In this document: one piece after another, positions 35,715-48,190 of the stretch
Layout of the letters: each line of letters starts with the position of its first letter
Position numbering within the stretch: position 1 is the stretch's first letter
NCBI RefSeq assembly: GCF_009914755.1
Contig: NC_060928.1
DNA length: 64,000 nt
Reading direction: 5' to 3' (one strand)
Source of the DNA: the human T2T-CHM13v2.0 reference genome, Homo sapiens
The notes under the pieces: model-generated
The model's input: only the letters and a program-made list of their open reading frames with translations
What the model was told of the DNA's origin: nothing
Database searches by the model: none
Position numbers and translations under genes: made by a program

Positions 35715-36750
35715 TTACCCATTTGAAGTATACAGTTCAGTGGGTTTTAGTATATTCACAGGGTTGTGCAACCATCACCACAGGTTAATTTCAGTGTTTT
35801 TGGCACTCCCCCAAAAAACCTGTACGTATCAGCTGTCACCCCCCGTCTTCCTCCCTTACTTCTTCAGCCGTAACCACAGATCTACTTTTCATCACTATAG
35901 ACTTGCATATTCTGAACATTTCACATGAATAGAATCATGTAATATGTGGTCTCTTCTGCCTGACATCTTTCACTTAGTATAATGTTTTCAAGGTTCATCA
36001 TGTTGTAGCATATATCAGTAACTCATTTCCTTTTATGGATGAATAATACTCTATTGTATGGATATACCGCATTTTGTTTATCCAATCGTCAGTTGATGGC
36101 CATGGGTTGCTTTCAGTTTTTGGCTATTTTGAACAACGCTGCTATTCTCAATCAGTTTTATTTCAACAACTAATGGTTATTTCAACTGGTAAAGAGAGAG
36201 GCATATATCAATCACAGGCACAGATACGATCTGAGTAGACGGCTATTTATTTGCAGATCATCTGGTTCATTTTGTATTTAACAAAATATGTGGAGACTCT
36301 TTTGACATATTTTTCTGTGCAGTAAAGAACTTAGACTTAGGTTACAGGTATCAATGATAGTGCTGCCTAATTACTTGTGTTTAGGAAAATTGTTTGCAAA
36401 GGAATTGATAACTTTTATTGAGTGCTTCCTATTAGGTTGATGTATTTTTTCCAGTATAATTCTTACACTATTCTGTGTGCTCAGTTTTAATACCCTTAAT
36501 ATAAATGAGACTTCTGAGGCACATGGATGTTGTAGCACGTACTGCGGTGCCTGCCTCCAAGTTCACCCACAGGTGCGTACTGGCAGCTTCTCATTTTAAC
36601 CACCAGTCTCTCTGCTTCTCAGCCTGAGGCTTTCTCAGACTGTCTGAAAATCCCTTAGCAGTGCTAGGGATCTAATCACTCCAGGGCAACCCTAAACTGT
36701 TGAAGTGACTACATGCTCAGCTTTCCTTCTTCCTTCCAGACGTTCTACAT

Positions 36751-36974
36751 GAGAGGTCAGCAAACTTTTGCTCTTAGGACCAGAAAGTAAATATTTTCAA
36801 CTCTGTAGGCCATACAGTCTATGTAGCAACTATTCAACTCTGCCATTTTAGCATGAAAGTAACAATAGACGGTACCAAAAGAATGGGCTTGGCTATGTTC
36901 CAATAAAACTTTATTTATAAATAGACATTGTGTGGGTTGGATTTGACCTGCTGACTGTAGTTTGCTGACGCCTA
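36751..36974. mobile_element. MER58A hAT-Charlie MITE nested in an LTR16-like ERVL LTR (about 36530-37195)
   Basis: Terminal repeats gaggtcagcaaact / agtttgctgacgcct; 8-bp TSD ttct(a/c)cat at 36743-36750 / 36975-36982. Confidence 0.8.
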
Positions 36975-37827
36975 TTCTCCATGATTTCTTAGAAGATTCC
37001 TAACGGAGTTGAACCCCAGTTGCACCGAGAGGTAACCCATTCGTTACCATACCCTTTTTTACTGGCCTTTCTTTCTTCCCTGTGTCTTTATTTACATGCC
37101 TATATTTTTGCTTCCTGGGGTCTCCAACCAGACAAACTCCCTGTCCCAAATTCCTTCTCTCAGGATCTGTTTTTGGGGGAACCAAATTGACAAACCAGGA
37201 CAATACGATATTACACCAGGCTGAGAATATGCATATGAAGAGATCAGAGGCTGTGGCGTGAGTCTGAGGCGCAGTTCTGCACCTGAATGACCCTGGGCAA
37301 ATAACTTCACCTCTTTGTGCCTCATTTTCCTCATCTGTAAAATGGGTATTGTCACAGAACCTACTGAAAAAAGTTGTTAGGAGGATTTTATGTGTTAATT
37401 TGTGTAAAACAGAAGCATGCCTGATAATAGAGGATTTCTTATTATAAGCCATAGAGACTTGTGAATGGTTCATAAAGTTTTTCATTCATTTATGGAAAGA
37501 CCCTTTATGCCGTCTTTGCAAAAAAAAAATAGGATTGAGTTAATGGATTTTTCAAAAAATTCTTAAGACTTCATTTTTTTAGAGTAGTTTTAGGTTCACA
37601 GCAAAATTGAGAAGAGGCTACAGATATAGCCACCTGCCCCCTCCCCTCCCGCCCCCTACATGCACAGCCTCCCCCAATAGCAACATTCCCCACCAGAGTG
37701 GTCCATTTGTTACAATTGATGAACCAACATTGACACATTATTCTCACCCAAAATTCATAGTTTACATTAGGACTCATTCTTGGTGTTGTAAATCCTGTGA
37801 ATTGGACAAATGTACAATGACATGTAG

Positions 37828-38148
<321 letters not shown>

Positions 38149-39440
38149 TAAATTATTTATTGTGAGAAATATAAATAGCTGAACAATACAATGTACTTTT
38201 CCCCAGTTTGGCCTTGATGATTTGAAAATATATTGTCCTTTGTGTTCAAAAAACACAAAGAATTCCTGTCTTTGGGCGCTATTTACTGTATACTGAAATA
38301 TTTATGAATGAAATAGCATATCAGGGATTGTTTTTAAAAATGATCGTGGGAAGAGAAGTGGGTGTGGATACTGAAATAAGATTGGTCCCGAGCTGACACT
38401 GGTTGAAATTGGGTGATGGAACCTGGGAGTTCATTAGAATATTCTCTCTACTTTCCTATTTGACATTTTCCATAAATATAGGTGGTTAAAAAAATACATG
38501 GCCTCAGAATCTATAAACAAAACTTTGCTGCTATAAGAACTGCATTATAAGAAGGAAGGAGGGGAATTATCTCCAGCTACATCCTGGGGACCACCACCCT
38601 AATTTGTTAACATATCAGAACTACAGGCTCTTTTTTATTCTTGTGCCCAAGACTCTCCGCGAGATTTATCTTCTGTGGTCACAGCAGGGGAAGGAACCTT
38701 GTGACACTCTGCTAGGGAAGAGGAGATGCGGTGACACTCAGCCAAGTTAGGGAAGTGGACTTTCGATATTTGAAAAGGCCATTCAAAACAACATTTGAAA
38801 GAAGTCAGAGTATTTGTTCAGTGAAACACTTAGGATCTATAAAATGGTTATAGTGTTTGTCCAGGAGAATAAACACTGAAAATCTGTAGAGGGGTCACAG
38901 CCTTTGCCCAGAGGAGTAAATCATTCAGATACAATTTTTAGCTATTACAATACTGACATGGAGTTCAGGTGATAATGGGTATGTACTTTTACCATGTCCC
39001 TCCCTGTGACTGTACAAACCTACATACTGACACCTATGTGTTCTCAGACTATGTATAAGCCTTTCCCTGTATTACAGTGCTCATCATCACTGTAGGGGAC
39101 CTTTGAAAGAGCTGCCGGAGAAGGTGAGGAAGAAAGCCCTGCCTGGAAAGCAACAGTGAACCACCAGTGTCAGCAACGTGAAGCTTGCTGCAAGGCCTGC
39201 AGTCATGATGAACCCAGCAGCTTCTAGTTCATCCCAGTGGCCCTGAGACTATTTATCCTGTGACTTCACACGCGCTTTGAAGTTTTGTTGTGATCTTCGC
39301 TGAGTCTGTGCGGAAATCACAGGCTAGATTTTAGATTTTTTACTTTTCAGCACGTGACTTAAAGTTCTGTTGACTTGGGGAAAGGGCTGATAATCTTGTG
39401 CTAAATCACTGATGGAATATAAATTAAAATCTCCATCTCT

Positions 39441-39885
39441 CAGTCAATCCAAGTGTCCATCAATGGTAGACTGGATAAAGAAAATGTGGTACATACACAC
39501 CATGGAATACTATGCAGCCATAAAAAGAAACGAGATCACGTCCTTTCTAGGAACATGGATGGAGCTGGAAACCATTATCCTCAGCAAACTAACAAAGGAA
39601 GAGAAAACCAAACACCACATGTTCTCATTTATAAGTGGGAGCTGAACAATGAGAACACGTGGACACAGGGAGGAGAACAACACACACTGGGGCCTGTCAC
39701 GGGGCGGGGTGAGGGGAGGGAGAGCATTAGGAAAAACAGCTAATACATGCTAGGCTTGATATCTAGGCGATGGGTTGGTAGGTGCAGCAAACCACCATGG
39801 CACACATTTACCTATGTAACAAACCTGCACATCCTGCACATGTACCCTGAAACTTAGAAATAAAAATTTTTCAAAAGGGAAAAAT
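39441..39885 (+). mobile_element. 5'-truncated L1PA 3' end
   Basis: KCPSMVDWIKKMWYIHTMEYYAA; 15-bp TSD aaaat(c/g)tccatctct at 39426-39440 / 39886-39900, preceded by TT. Confidence 0.93.
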
Positions 39886-41938
39886 AAAATGTCCATCTCT
39901 TGAATCCTGGTTTTTTACTTATCCCACATGGCCCTGTCGTTTGCACAGATTATGTGATGGTTTTGAGTTGATGGGGGCTGCAGAAAAATTGTGCTAATTT
40001 ACAGTGAAAATCAAATCAAGACATTTGATTGATGATGTGTGATCAAAATTGTGCACGGCTAGATGTGCTGATTGATGACGTGGTTTTGGATATGCCGTGT
40101 ATTGTCTCAGCTGCAGGTAATTGGAATCCATATGCATTAGCTCCATTCCTCTCCCACTGTGGCATGCAGACATTTTGCATTCGGAGCCAGTAATTTGGTG
40201 CCTTTTCCGACAAGTTTGGAATGAAAGCATGAATGCTAAATTTTGGAATACCACAGTGTGATATGAAAAGCATATTACTAATTAATGGAATAGAACCAGG
40301 TAGGAATTTCTTGGACAGATAAGAGAGAAATGGTGTTTTTAATCTGGAGGTGATCCTGAGTAATTCTTCTGAGCTCAGTTTTTAACTGACAAATCTTAAT
40401 ATCAGACTTTATTAAAAACGTTTTCAAAGTGGCATGTGCAATTAAAGCTTCATCAAGGAGAGGCACTGCATGTCATTACTGGTAATAGAATCCTGCTCCT
40501 GTAGTTTTTAATTCCCACTTTTCTGAAATGAAACACAACCAGTTATGTAGTATAATATGTAAAATCTACTAGGGAATTCAATAATTTTGCAATTAAGCTT
40601 GAGGTATTTTAAAATCATTTTGTCTATTAAATATGTCACTATAACTGTTTAATCATGACTTGAATAAGAGACAGGAGAAAGCATATCTGGGAAAATGCAA
40701 ATGGTTGATGAGTAGAAGAATTGACTAAGGTTGATGTGTAGAATAGTGGTAAATTCTACAGAACCTTAGAGCTCCTTCAAGGGAGGGATAAACATGAGCC
40801 ACGCCTGGGAGACAGTTTGTATATTTTGAGAAGATTGGATGGTTACTGTGGTTAGCTTGGTATGTGGCCAGGGACAGCAGAAAATAAGGATGAGTTCAGC
40901 TAAAAGTAATAGAATGCCTAATTTATAGTGGCTTGTATCGTCATTTCTCATTTTGACATCCTTAACAACATTGCCAGGGAGCCCGTTATTAATGTAGATT
41001 ATCAGGCTCCACTTCAGCCCTGCAAAATCAACATTCCCATTGTAAGGAGATTTCCAAGCGATTCATAGGCCCATTAAACTCTGGTCTAGAAAACAGAGAT
41101 ACTTAGATATCTCACAGAATAAGGATAGGAATGCAAGCAGTTCCAGAGTGGCTGGATCTAAATCACCAATAACAGGCTTTTGTCTCATTCCACTTTGCAA
41201 TCCCTAGCATGTTGACTTTGGCCTTTTGTTGTGTGGCCTCAGGATTCCAAGATGGCTGCTGTGGCTCCTCGCACCAGTGCATTCTAGGTAGGAGAGGAGG
41301 GGCAGACGTCTTCTAATATCTCATTGGCCAGACGTGGGTCACATGTTGACTTTTTTTTCTCTTTTAACCTTTCCTATGATACTGAACATGTTGACTTTTA
41401 GATGACTCACTTGGGAAGATAAAAGGATTAACATTACTAATTTATACATTCATTCATTCAGTAAAAAAAAAAAAAAAATTGCCTACTATGTGCCAACTCA
41501 TGAGCATTCCATGGGGCTACAGCTGAGATCAAAGGTCTACGTCTATTGTCTGAACAAAATTAGGGTTATTTTAGTGAAGAGGAAATGGGAGAATCATTAT
41601 TAGGTAGAATTAATATCAGTCACAGGTAGGTTGAGGCCAGATTTGGAAGGGTCTTGGAAGTCATGTCAAGAATGGACGGAGACCAGTGAGGATACCTTTG
41701 AGGTGATTCAAGTTAGAGATGATGAGGACCGGCCTAGGATAATAGTGGCTGCGATGGAGGAAGGGATGCTTTGAAGGTCGGCTCTGAGGCGGAAGTGCCT
41801 ACTTAGTGATACTGTATGTGGGCGATGAAGAGGCGGGGTGATTCACTGAAACTCTGATGGGATCCCTCACTCAGCTGTCTCAGAACAGCTGACATGAAAA
41901 AAAAAAAATCTATGTATCATATGACTCTTAGCAGTGGA

Positions 41939-42040
41939 TTTTTTTTTTTTTTGAAACAGTCTTTTTTTTTTTTTTTGAGACGGAGTCTCTCTCTGTCGTC
42001 CAGGCTGGAGTGCAGTGGCGTGATCCGATCTTGGCTCACT
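41939..42040 (-). mobile_element. Severely 5'-truncated Alu with bipartite tail
   Basis: About 65 bp of Alu 3' end; TSD cttagcagt(g/a)gattttt starting at 41927 / 42039. Confidence 0.85.
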
Positions 42041-42395
42041 TAGCAGTAGATTTTTTTAAAACCTATGTATTTAACACATACATAATCAGGTGATACAAAG
42101 CTCTGTAATCTAGATTTTCCACCTGATGTGTCATGTACCGATTTCTGTCAGTACATGTAGAACTATCTCATCTTTCTTTAACTCACTTTTTATTTTTATT
42201 TGAAAAATGTTGTAAAACACAAGTTAAAAACCATGTATAATCTAATAAATTTAAGAAACTATAAAAAGTAAAAAAAGAAATCACCCCTTCATTTTACTTC
42301 TGGAGCATGTATCTCTCCCAGTTTTTTTCCAAAGGTAGCGCAGACTTAATGAGAGATTCCCATGAACTGCACATACATACCTCTCTATGTGTATA

Positions 42396-42745
42396 CAGTT
42401 GTCCCTCAGTGTATGTGGGGATGAGGGCATTGGTTTTACCACCCCTGTGGATACCAAAATCCATGGATGCTCAAACCCCCGATATAAAATGACATAGTAT
42501 TTGCCTGTAACCTGTGCCCACCCTCCTATATACTTTAAATCATCTCTAGATTACTTATACTACTCAATACAGTGTAAATGCTACATACATAGTGTTATAC
42601 TGTTTTGTTCAGGGAATAGTTATAAGAAAAAATGTCTGTACATGTTCAGTACAGACACAACCATCCTTTGTTTTTTCCAAATATTTACAATCCACGGTTG
42701 GTTGAATCCACAGATGCGAAACCCATGGGTAAAGAGGGTCAACTG
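42396..42745. mobile_element. MER2 TcMar-Tigger element
   Basis: TA|cagttgtccctc ... gagggtcaactg|TA. Confidence 0.85.
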
Positions 42746-42925
42746 TATATAAATTACAATGTGTTACAATGTGCAGTTTCCACTGTGACTCTTTTTTACA
42801 AAAATTTCTGCCCTTTGTTATGAGCACCTGTGGTCCAAGAATAAGCAGTGTTTAAGAGAGCTTTACCTCAAAGTTTACACTTTTCATTTTTCTATTATGC
42901 ATATAGATTATAATACATATTGTCA

Positions 42926-43390
<465 letters not shown>

Positions 43391-43736
43391 TAATGAACTT
43401 CTAATACACTATGCCATTTAAAAATTTGTTTCATTCGTTGTCTGACTCTCTTTTCACTAGGATGTAAGTTTCCCGAGGGCAGGGGTTTTGGTTTGTTTTG
43501 CTCACAGATGTGTTGCCACAGACTAGACAGTACCTGGCCCCCAGTAGGTGCTCAATACATATTGAATGTGAAGTGAATAAACTTCCAGCAGACTATCCTC
43601 ATTGTGCTTTAACACATTTAAAATGACCAAATGGCTTTTCCCTGTACTTCCATTCTGTGTCTTTTCCCCTTGACCTCATGTGATATGCTCAGGGACGCCA
43701 ACTAATGTTAGTATTAACTTAAGAAAAGTGGAGTGT

Positions 43737-44120
<384 letters not shown>

Positions 44121-44410
44121 TTATCTGCACCATGGCCTCCCTCCCCTTACAGGAAGGATCAAGCTGACCACATAAACATTTAGACTCCCTACGTGAGATG
44201 GGAGAACATAAGCCCCTCATGAGTTTGTATAATACTCATGGCCACAGTTACACAATGTGGCAGACGTATCTCTTCCTTTCCAAAAGAAGGAAAGAGACAA
44301 ATGTATGATACCTGATATGACACATGTTTTCATTCTTCACAATCATTAAAGTAATAAATAACACTACTTTTTAGAGACAAGGAATTTATCTGTTGACAGG
44401 AATATGTATT

Positions 44411-44712
44411 GCTGGGCACAGTGGCTCATGCCTGTAATCCTAACACTTTGGGAAGCCAAGGCAGGAGGATATCTTGAGCCCAGGAGTTCAAGACCAGCCT
44501 GAGCAACACAGCAGGACCCCTCTCTACAAAACATAAAAAGATTACCTGGGCATGGGGGTGCGTGCCTGTAGTCCTAGGTACTCAGGAGGCTGAGGCAGGA
44601 GGATTGCCTGAGCCTAAGAGTTCGAGGCTACAGTGAGCTATGATCACAGCCTCAGCAACAGAGCAAGGTCCTATCTCTTAAAATAATAAAAATAAAAACA
44701 AATAAATAAATA
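44411..44712 (+). mobile_element. AluJ
   Basis: Diverged Alu with (aaata)n tail. Confidence 0.88.
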
Positions 44713-45561
44713 ATATAGAAAGAGAAGAGAGTTGAGATTCCAAAACAGTCTTTCTGACTCCAAACTCCATTTTTATCCTACACCACTTTTTCATAAAAGT
44801 TCAGAACAGATTGTTTGATGTTTTTCTTATTGCTCATTATTACTTTTTAAAAGGTCAATTCTGACATGTGATTTACATTTCCTGACAAACTACATATCAT
44901 TTTCCTCCCTCCCTTCTGTCTTTCCTTCCTTTTATTCTTCCATTTATAATGCAACAGATGATAGTTTTTCATGGTGTCCTGTAGGTAGTGTATTTTATTT
45001 TAAAATACCAGATAAAATTATCAGCAGCCACTTGTGGAAAGCTTCACTGGAAAATATTACTTCAACCATACTTATATGTTTTTTAAAATGCTATTTTTGT
45101 TGATCTCTGCTTAGAACAACAGAAACACAGATGGCTACAGTTACTGGATTTGCTGCCAGTTTTTATGCCCCTTTTCTCATATACGTTTATGGCGACCAAG
45201 TTTACTTTCAAAAACATATGCTAAGAATAGTAACACATTTTTCAGATTTGAAGTTGTCTAGGAAAAAAGTATGCTTCATATTAAGAAAGAGTCTGTAAGA
45301 TCAACAAAGCAGATTCATCTCCTAGAAAACCCATTCTCTGAGCAGGCCATTTTCATCTCTAACCAATAAACACCAGATTCCTTAGCTTGGCAATCAAGAA
45401 CCTTGACCATATCTGGTCCCAGATGATTCTTCATATTTTTTATTTTTGTTCCAAGATGGTGTACTCTATTTTCCAGCAAAATGGGACAGTTAATTTTTCC
45501 TCGTAGCCATGCTTTCCTCTGTTTTGTTCATTGTTGTTTCTTTTGCCTGGGGAGATTTCCT

Positions 45562-45631
45562 CTTCTTTTACTTAAGCATTCCGTCTCTCCTAGCTCCTTC
45601 TCTTACTTAAGCATTCCATCTCTCCTAGCTC
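45562..45631. repeat. 35-bp tandem duplication (2 copies)
   Basis: cttct(t/c)ttacttaagcattcc(g/a)tctctcctagctc twice. Confidence 0.9.
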
Positions 45632-46212
45632 AAATGCCACCTCCTCCAGAAAGTGTTCCTGGATTAGATTTGCTTTCACACCTCTAGACCTCCTTTATTT
45701 GTCCCTTCTTTAGGACACATATATGACATCTTTTACTTTAATTATTTCTGCCCCAATTCAGAGTACTATTAGAAGGCTGTTAATAAAAAATGAATGTGTC
45801 GGAAGAGTTGAAAGAAGTTGTTTAATAATAATTCCTGCTAATGGTATAATGAGACAGGATTACAGACAGGTGGCCTGCAAACTTTATTGTAAAAGTTGCC
45901 TACCATAGTGTTTGAAGAAAAACAATTCAATTGGAATGCCTGCAGATTGGCACACACACTCTACCCCACCAGTCTCCCCGTTCCCCATTGTCTTCCACTG
46001 GCACATCATATATTTACATTCCCTCACTGACTCTGGGTGGCACTTGAATTTACAAGCTCCATATAGAGGTTACATCAATCAGTTGATATACCAGGTCCAA
46101 GTCATGGCTCTGTCACTTTCTAGCTAGCTGTGTCAGGTTAAGAGCAAGACTTCTAATGATACCTTTGAATGGCCCTTTGTATTTGAGGTGGCCTTATGCA
46201 AATAAACAGGCA

Positions 46213-46637
46213 CAGTTGACCCTTGAACAATGTGAGGGTTAGGGGCGCCAATCACCTGCATAGTCGAAAATCCACCTATAACCTTTGACTCCCAAAAAGC
46301 TTAACCGATAGTCTTCCGTTGACCTCACCAATAACACAGTCGACTAACATATATTTCGTATGTTTTATGCACTATATCCTGTATTCTCACAATAAAGTAA
46401 GCTGAAGAAAATGTTATTAAGAAAAATCATAAGGAAGAGAACATATTGCATTATTCATTAAGTAGAAATAGATCATCATACAGGTCTTCACCCTCATTGT
46501 CTTCACGTTGAATAGGCTGAGGAGGAGGAGGAAGAGGAGGGGTTGGTCTTGCAGTCTCAGAGGTGGCAGCCGCAGAAGAAAATCTGAGAACAAGTGGATC
46601 CATGCGACTCAATCCTGTATTGTTCAAGACTCAACTG
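46213..46637. mobile_element. Tigger2a-like TcMar-Tigger element
   Basis: Terminal repeats cagttgacccttgaacaa / ttgttcaagactcaactg. Confidence 0.82.
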
Positions 46638-47458
46638 TATATTTTTGCATATGGGCTCAAATACGTACGCACATATGTCACTGGGTCAAAGATTCATAGA
46701 ATGAATTAGACAACAAGAATATTTATCATTGAATTGAAATGGCTCACTGCAAAAGTGCCCTCAACTTATCTCTAGGCCTTAGAAACAGAAGTGACCCTTT
46801 GCTGCTGTGAATCAATAGCCTGGACTAGATTGGGGTTGGGTTGGCAAAGGTATATAGTCATTGCCATAGTCCAGTATTCCTGCCCAAGCAAGCACCATTA
46901 GTAGTCACGTTGCTCAGAGAGGGCCTCTCGGCTCTCCCCACCACTGCATGCTGGATTGTCTGCCACCAGTAGATCAGAGTTGGCAAAAGGGATAACTCGG
47001 GATGAAACATTTGAGCATTTTGCAGTTTAGAGAAACTTCAGGGGTGCTGCTTTAGTAAAAAATGGGAGACTTGCATTTATTAAAGGTTAGTAAGAAGTGA
47101 AATAATGTATGCAAAAGTACATTATAAATTAGAAAATGCAATAACGGCAGAAACTATTTATTTATTGGTTGCTCTGCCCTTTACCTAAGTGGTTTTTGAT
47201 CATTTAACAATGTGTAAGAGTTGGGTTTTACCTCCATTTTATGGATGTGGAAATAGGGCTTGGATGTTAGCTAACTTGCCCAAATCTTACAGCTAACAGA
47301 AAGTGGTACTCCCGAGATTCCTACCCAGGTTTGTCTGACCTCAGGCCTGTGCTCTTTATATGAGTTCATGCTAACTCTCAGATGATGTGCTAGGCACAAA
47401 AATTAGATATTACACCAATTTCCACTATAGTTAACATTCTATCTAAATATAAAGTGGG

Positions 47459-48190
47459 ACCACGGTCTTAGATGAATGTGGCTGTTGAGAGCGGCAATAA
47501 TCCAGAATGGCTACTCTGATCTACGTTGATAAGGAAATTGGAGAACCAGGCACCCGTGTGGCTGCCAAGGATGTGCTGAAGCTGGAGTCTAGACCTTCAA
47601 TCAAAGCATTAGATGGGATATCTCAAGTTTTAACACGACGTTTTGGCAAAACATACGATGCTCCATCAGCCTTACCTAAAGCTACCAGAAAGGCTTTGGG
47701 CACTGTCAACAGAGCTACAGAAAAGTCAGTAAAGACCAATGGACCCAGAAAACAAAAACAGCCAAGCTTTTCTGCCAAAAAGATGACCGAGAAGACTGTT
47801 AAAACAAAAAGTTCTGTTCCTGCCTCAGATGACGCCTATCCAGAAATAGAAAAATTCTTTCCCTTCAATCTTCTAGACTTTGAGAGTTTTGACCTGCCTG
47901 AAGAGCGCCAGATTGCACACCTCCCCTTGAGTGGAGTGCCTCTCATGATCCTTGATGAGGAGGGAGAGCTTGAAAAGCTGTTTCAGCTGGGCCCCCCTTC
48001 ACCTGTGAAAATGCCCTCTCCACCATGGGAATGCAATCTGTTTGCAGTCTCCTTCAAGCATTCTGTCGACCCTGGATGTTGAATTGCCAGCTGTTTGCTA
48101 TGACATAGATATTTAAATTTCTTAGTGCTTTGGAGTTTGTGTGTACTTGTATTAATAAAGCATTATTTGTTTAACAACATAATAAATACA
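47459..48190 (+). other. PTTG2: Processed retrocopy of PTTG1 mRNA (5'UTR, CDS, 3'UTR, decayed poly-A)
   Basis: Intronless; AATAAA at 48154-48159; A-rich tail 48173-48190; perfect 15-bp TSD taaatataaagtggg at 47444-47458 / 48191-48205. Confidence 0.95.
47507..48082 (+). CDS. PTTG2: Securin-2 (pituitary tumor-transforming 2), 191 aa
   Basis: [10 protein letters not shown]...; D-box RKALGTVN; EIEKFFPF; [11 protein letters not shown]. Clear securin homologue with PTTG2-type substitutions and a frameshifted C-terminus. Confidence 0.93.
   Translation: MATLIYVDKEIGEPGTRVAAKDVLKLESRPSIKALDGISQVLTRRFGKTYDAPSALPKATRKALGTVNRATEKSVKTNGPRKQKQPSFSAKKMTEKTVKTKSSVPASDDAYPEIEKFFPFNLLDFESFDLPEERQIAHLPLSGVPLMILDEEGELEKLFQLGPPSPVKMPSPPWECNLFAVSFKHSVDPGC

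Noticed and set aside
41359-41385. Resemblance of ggaaaggttaaaa to mitochondrial 16S rRNA (NUMT idea)
   Set aside because: Match is too short to support without a search
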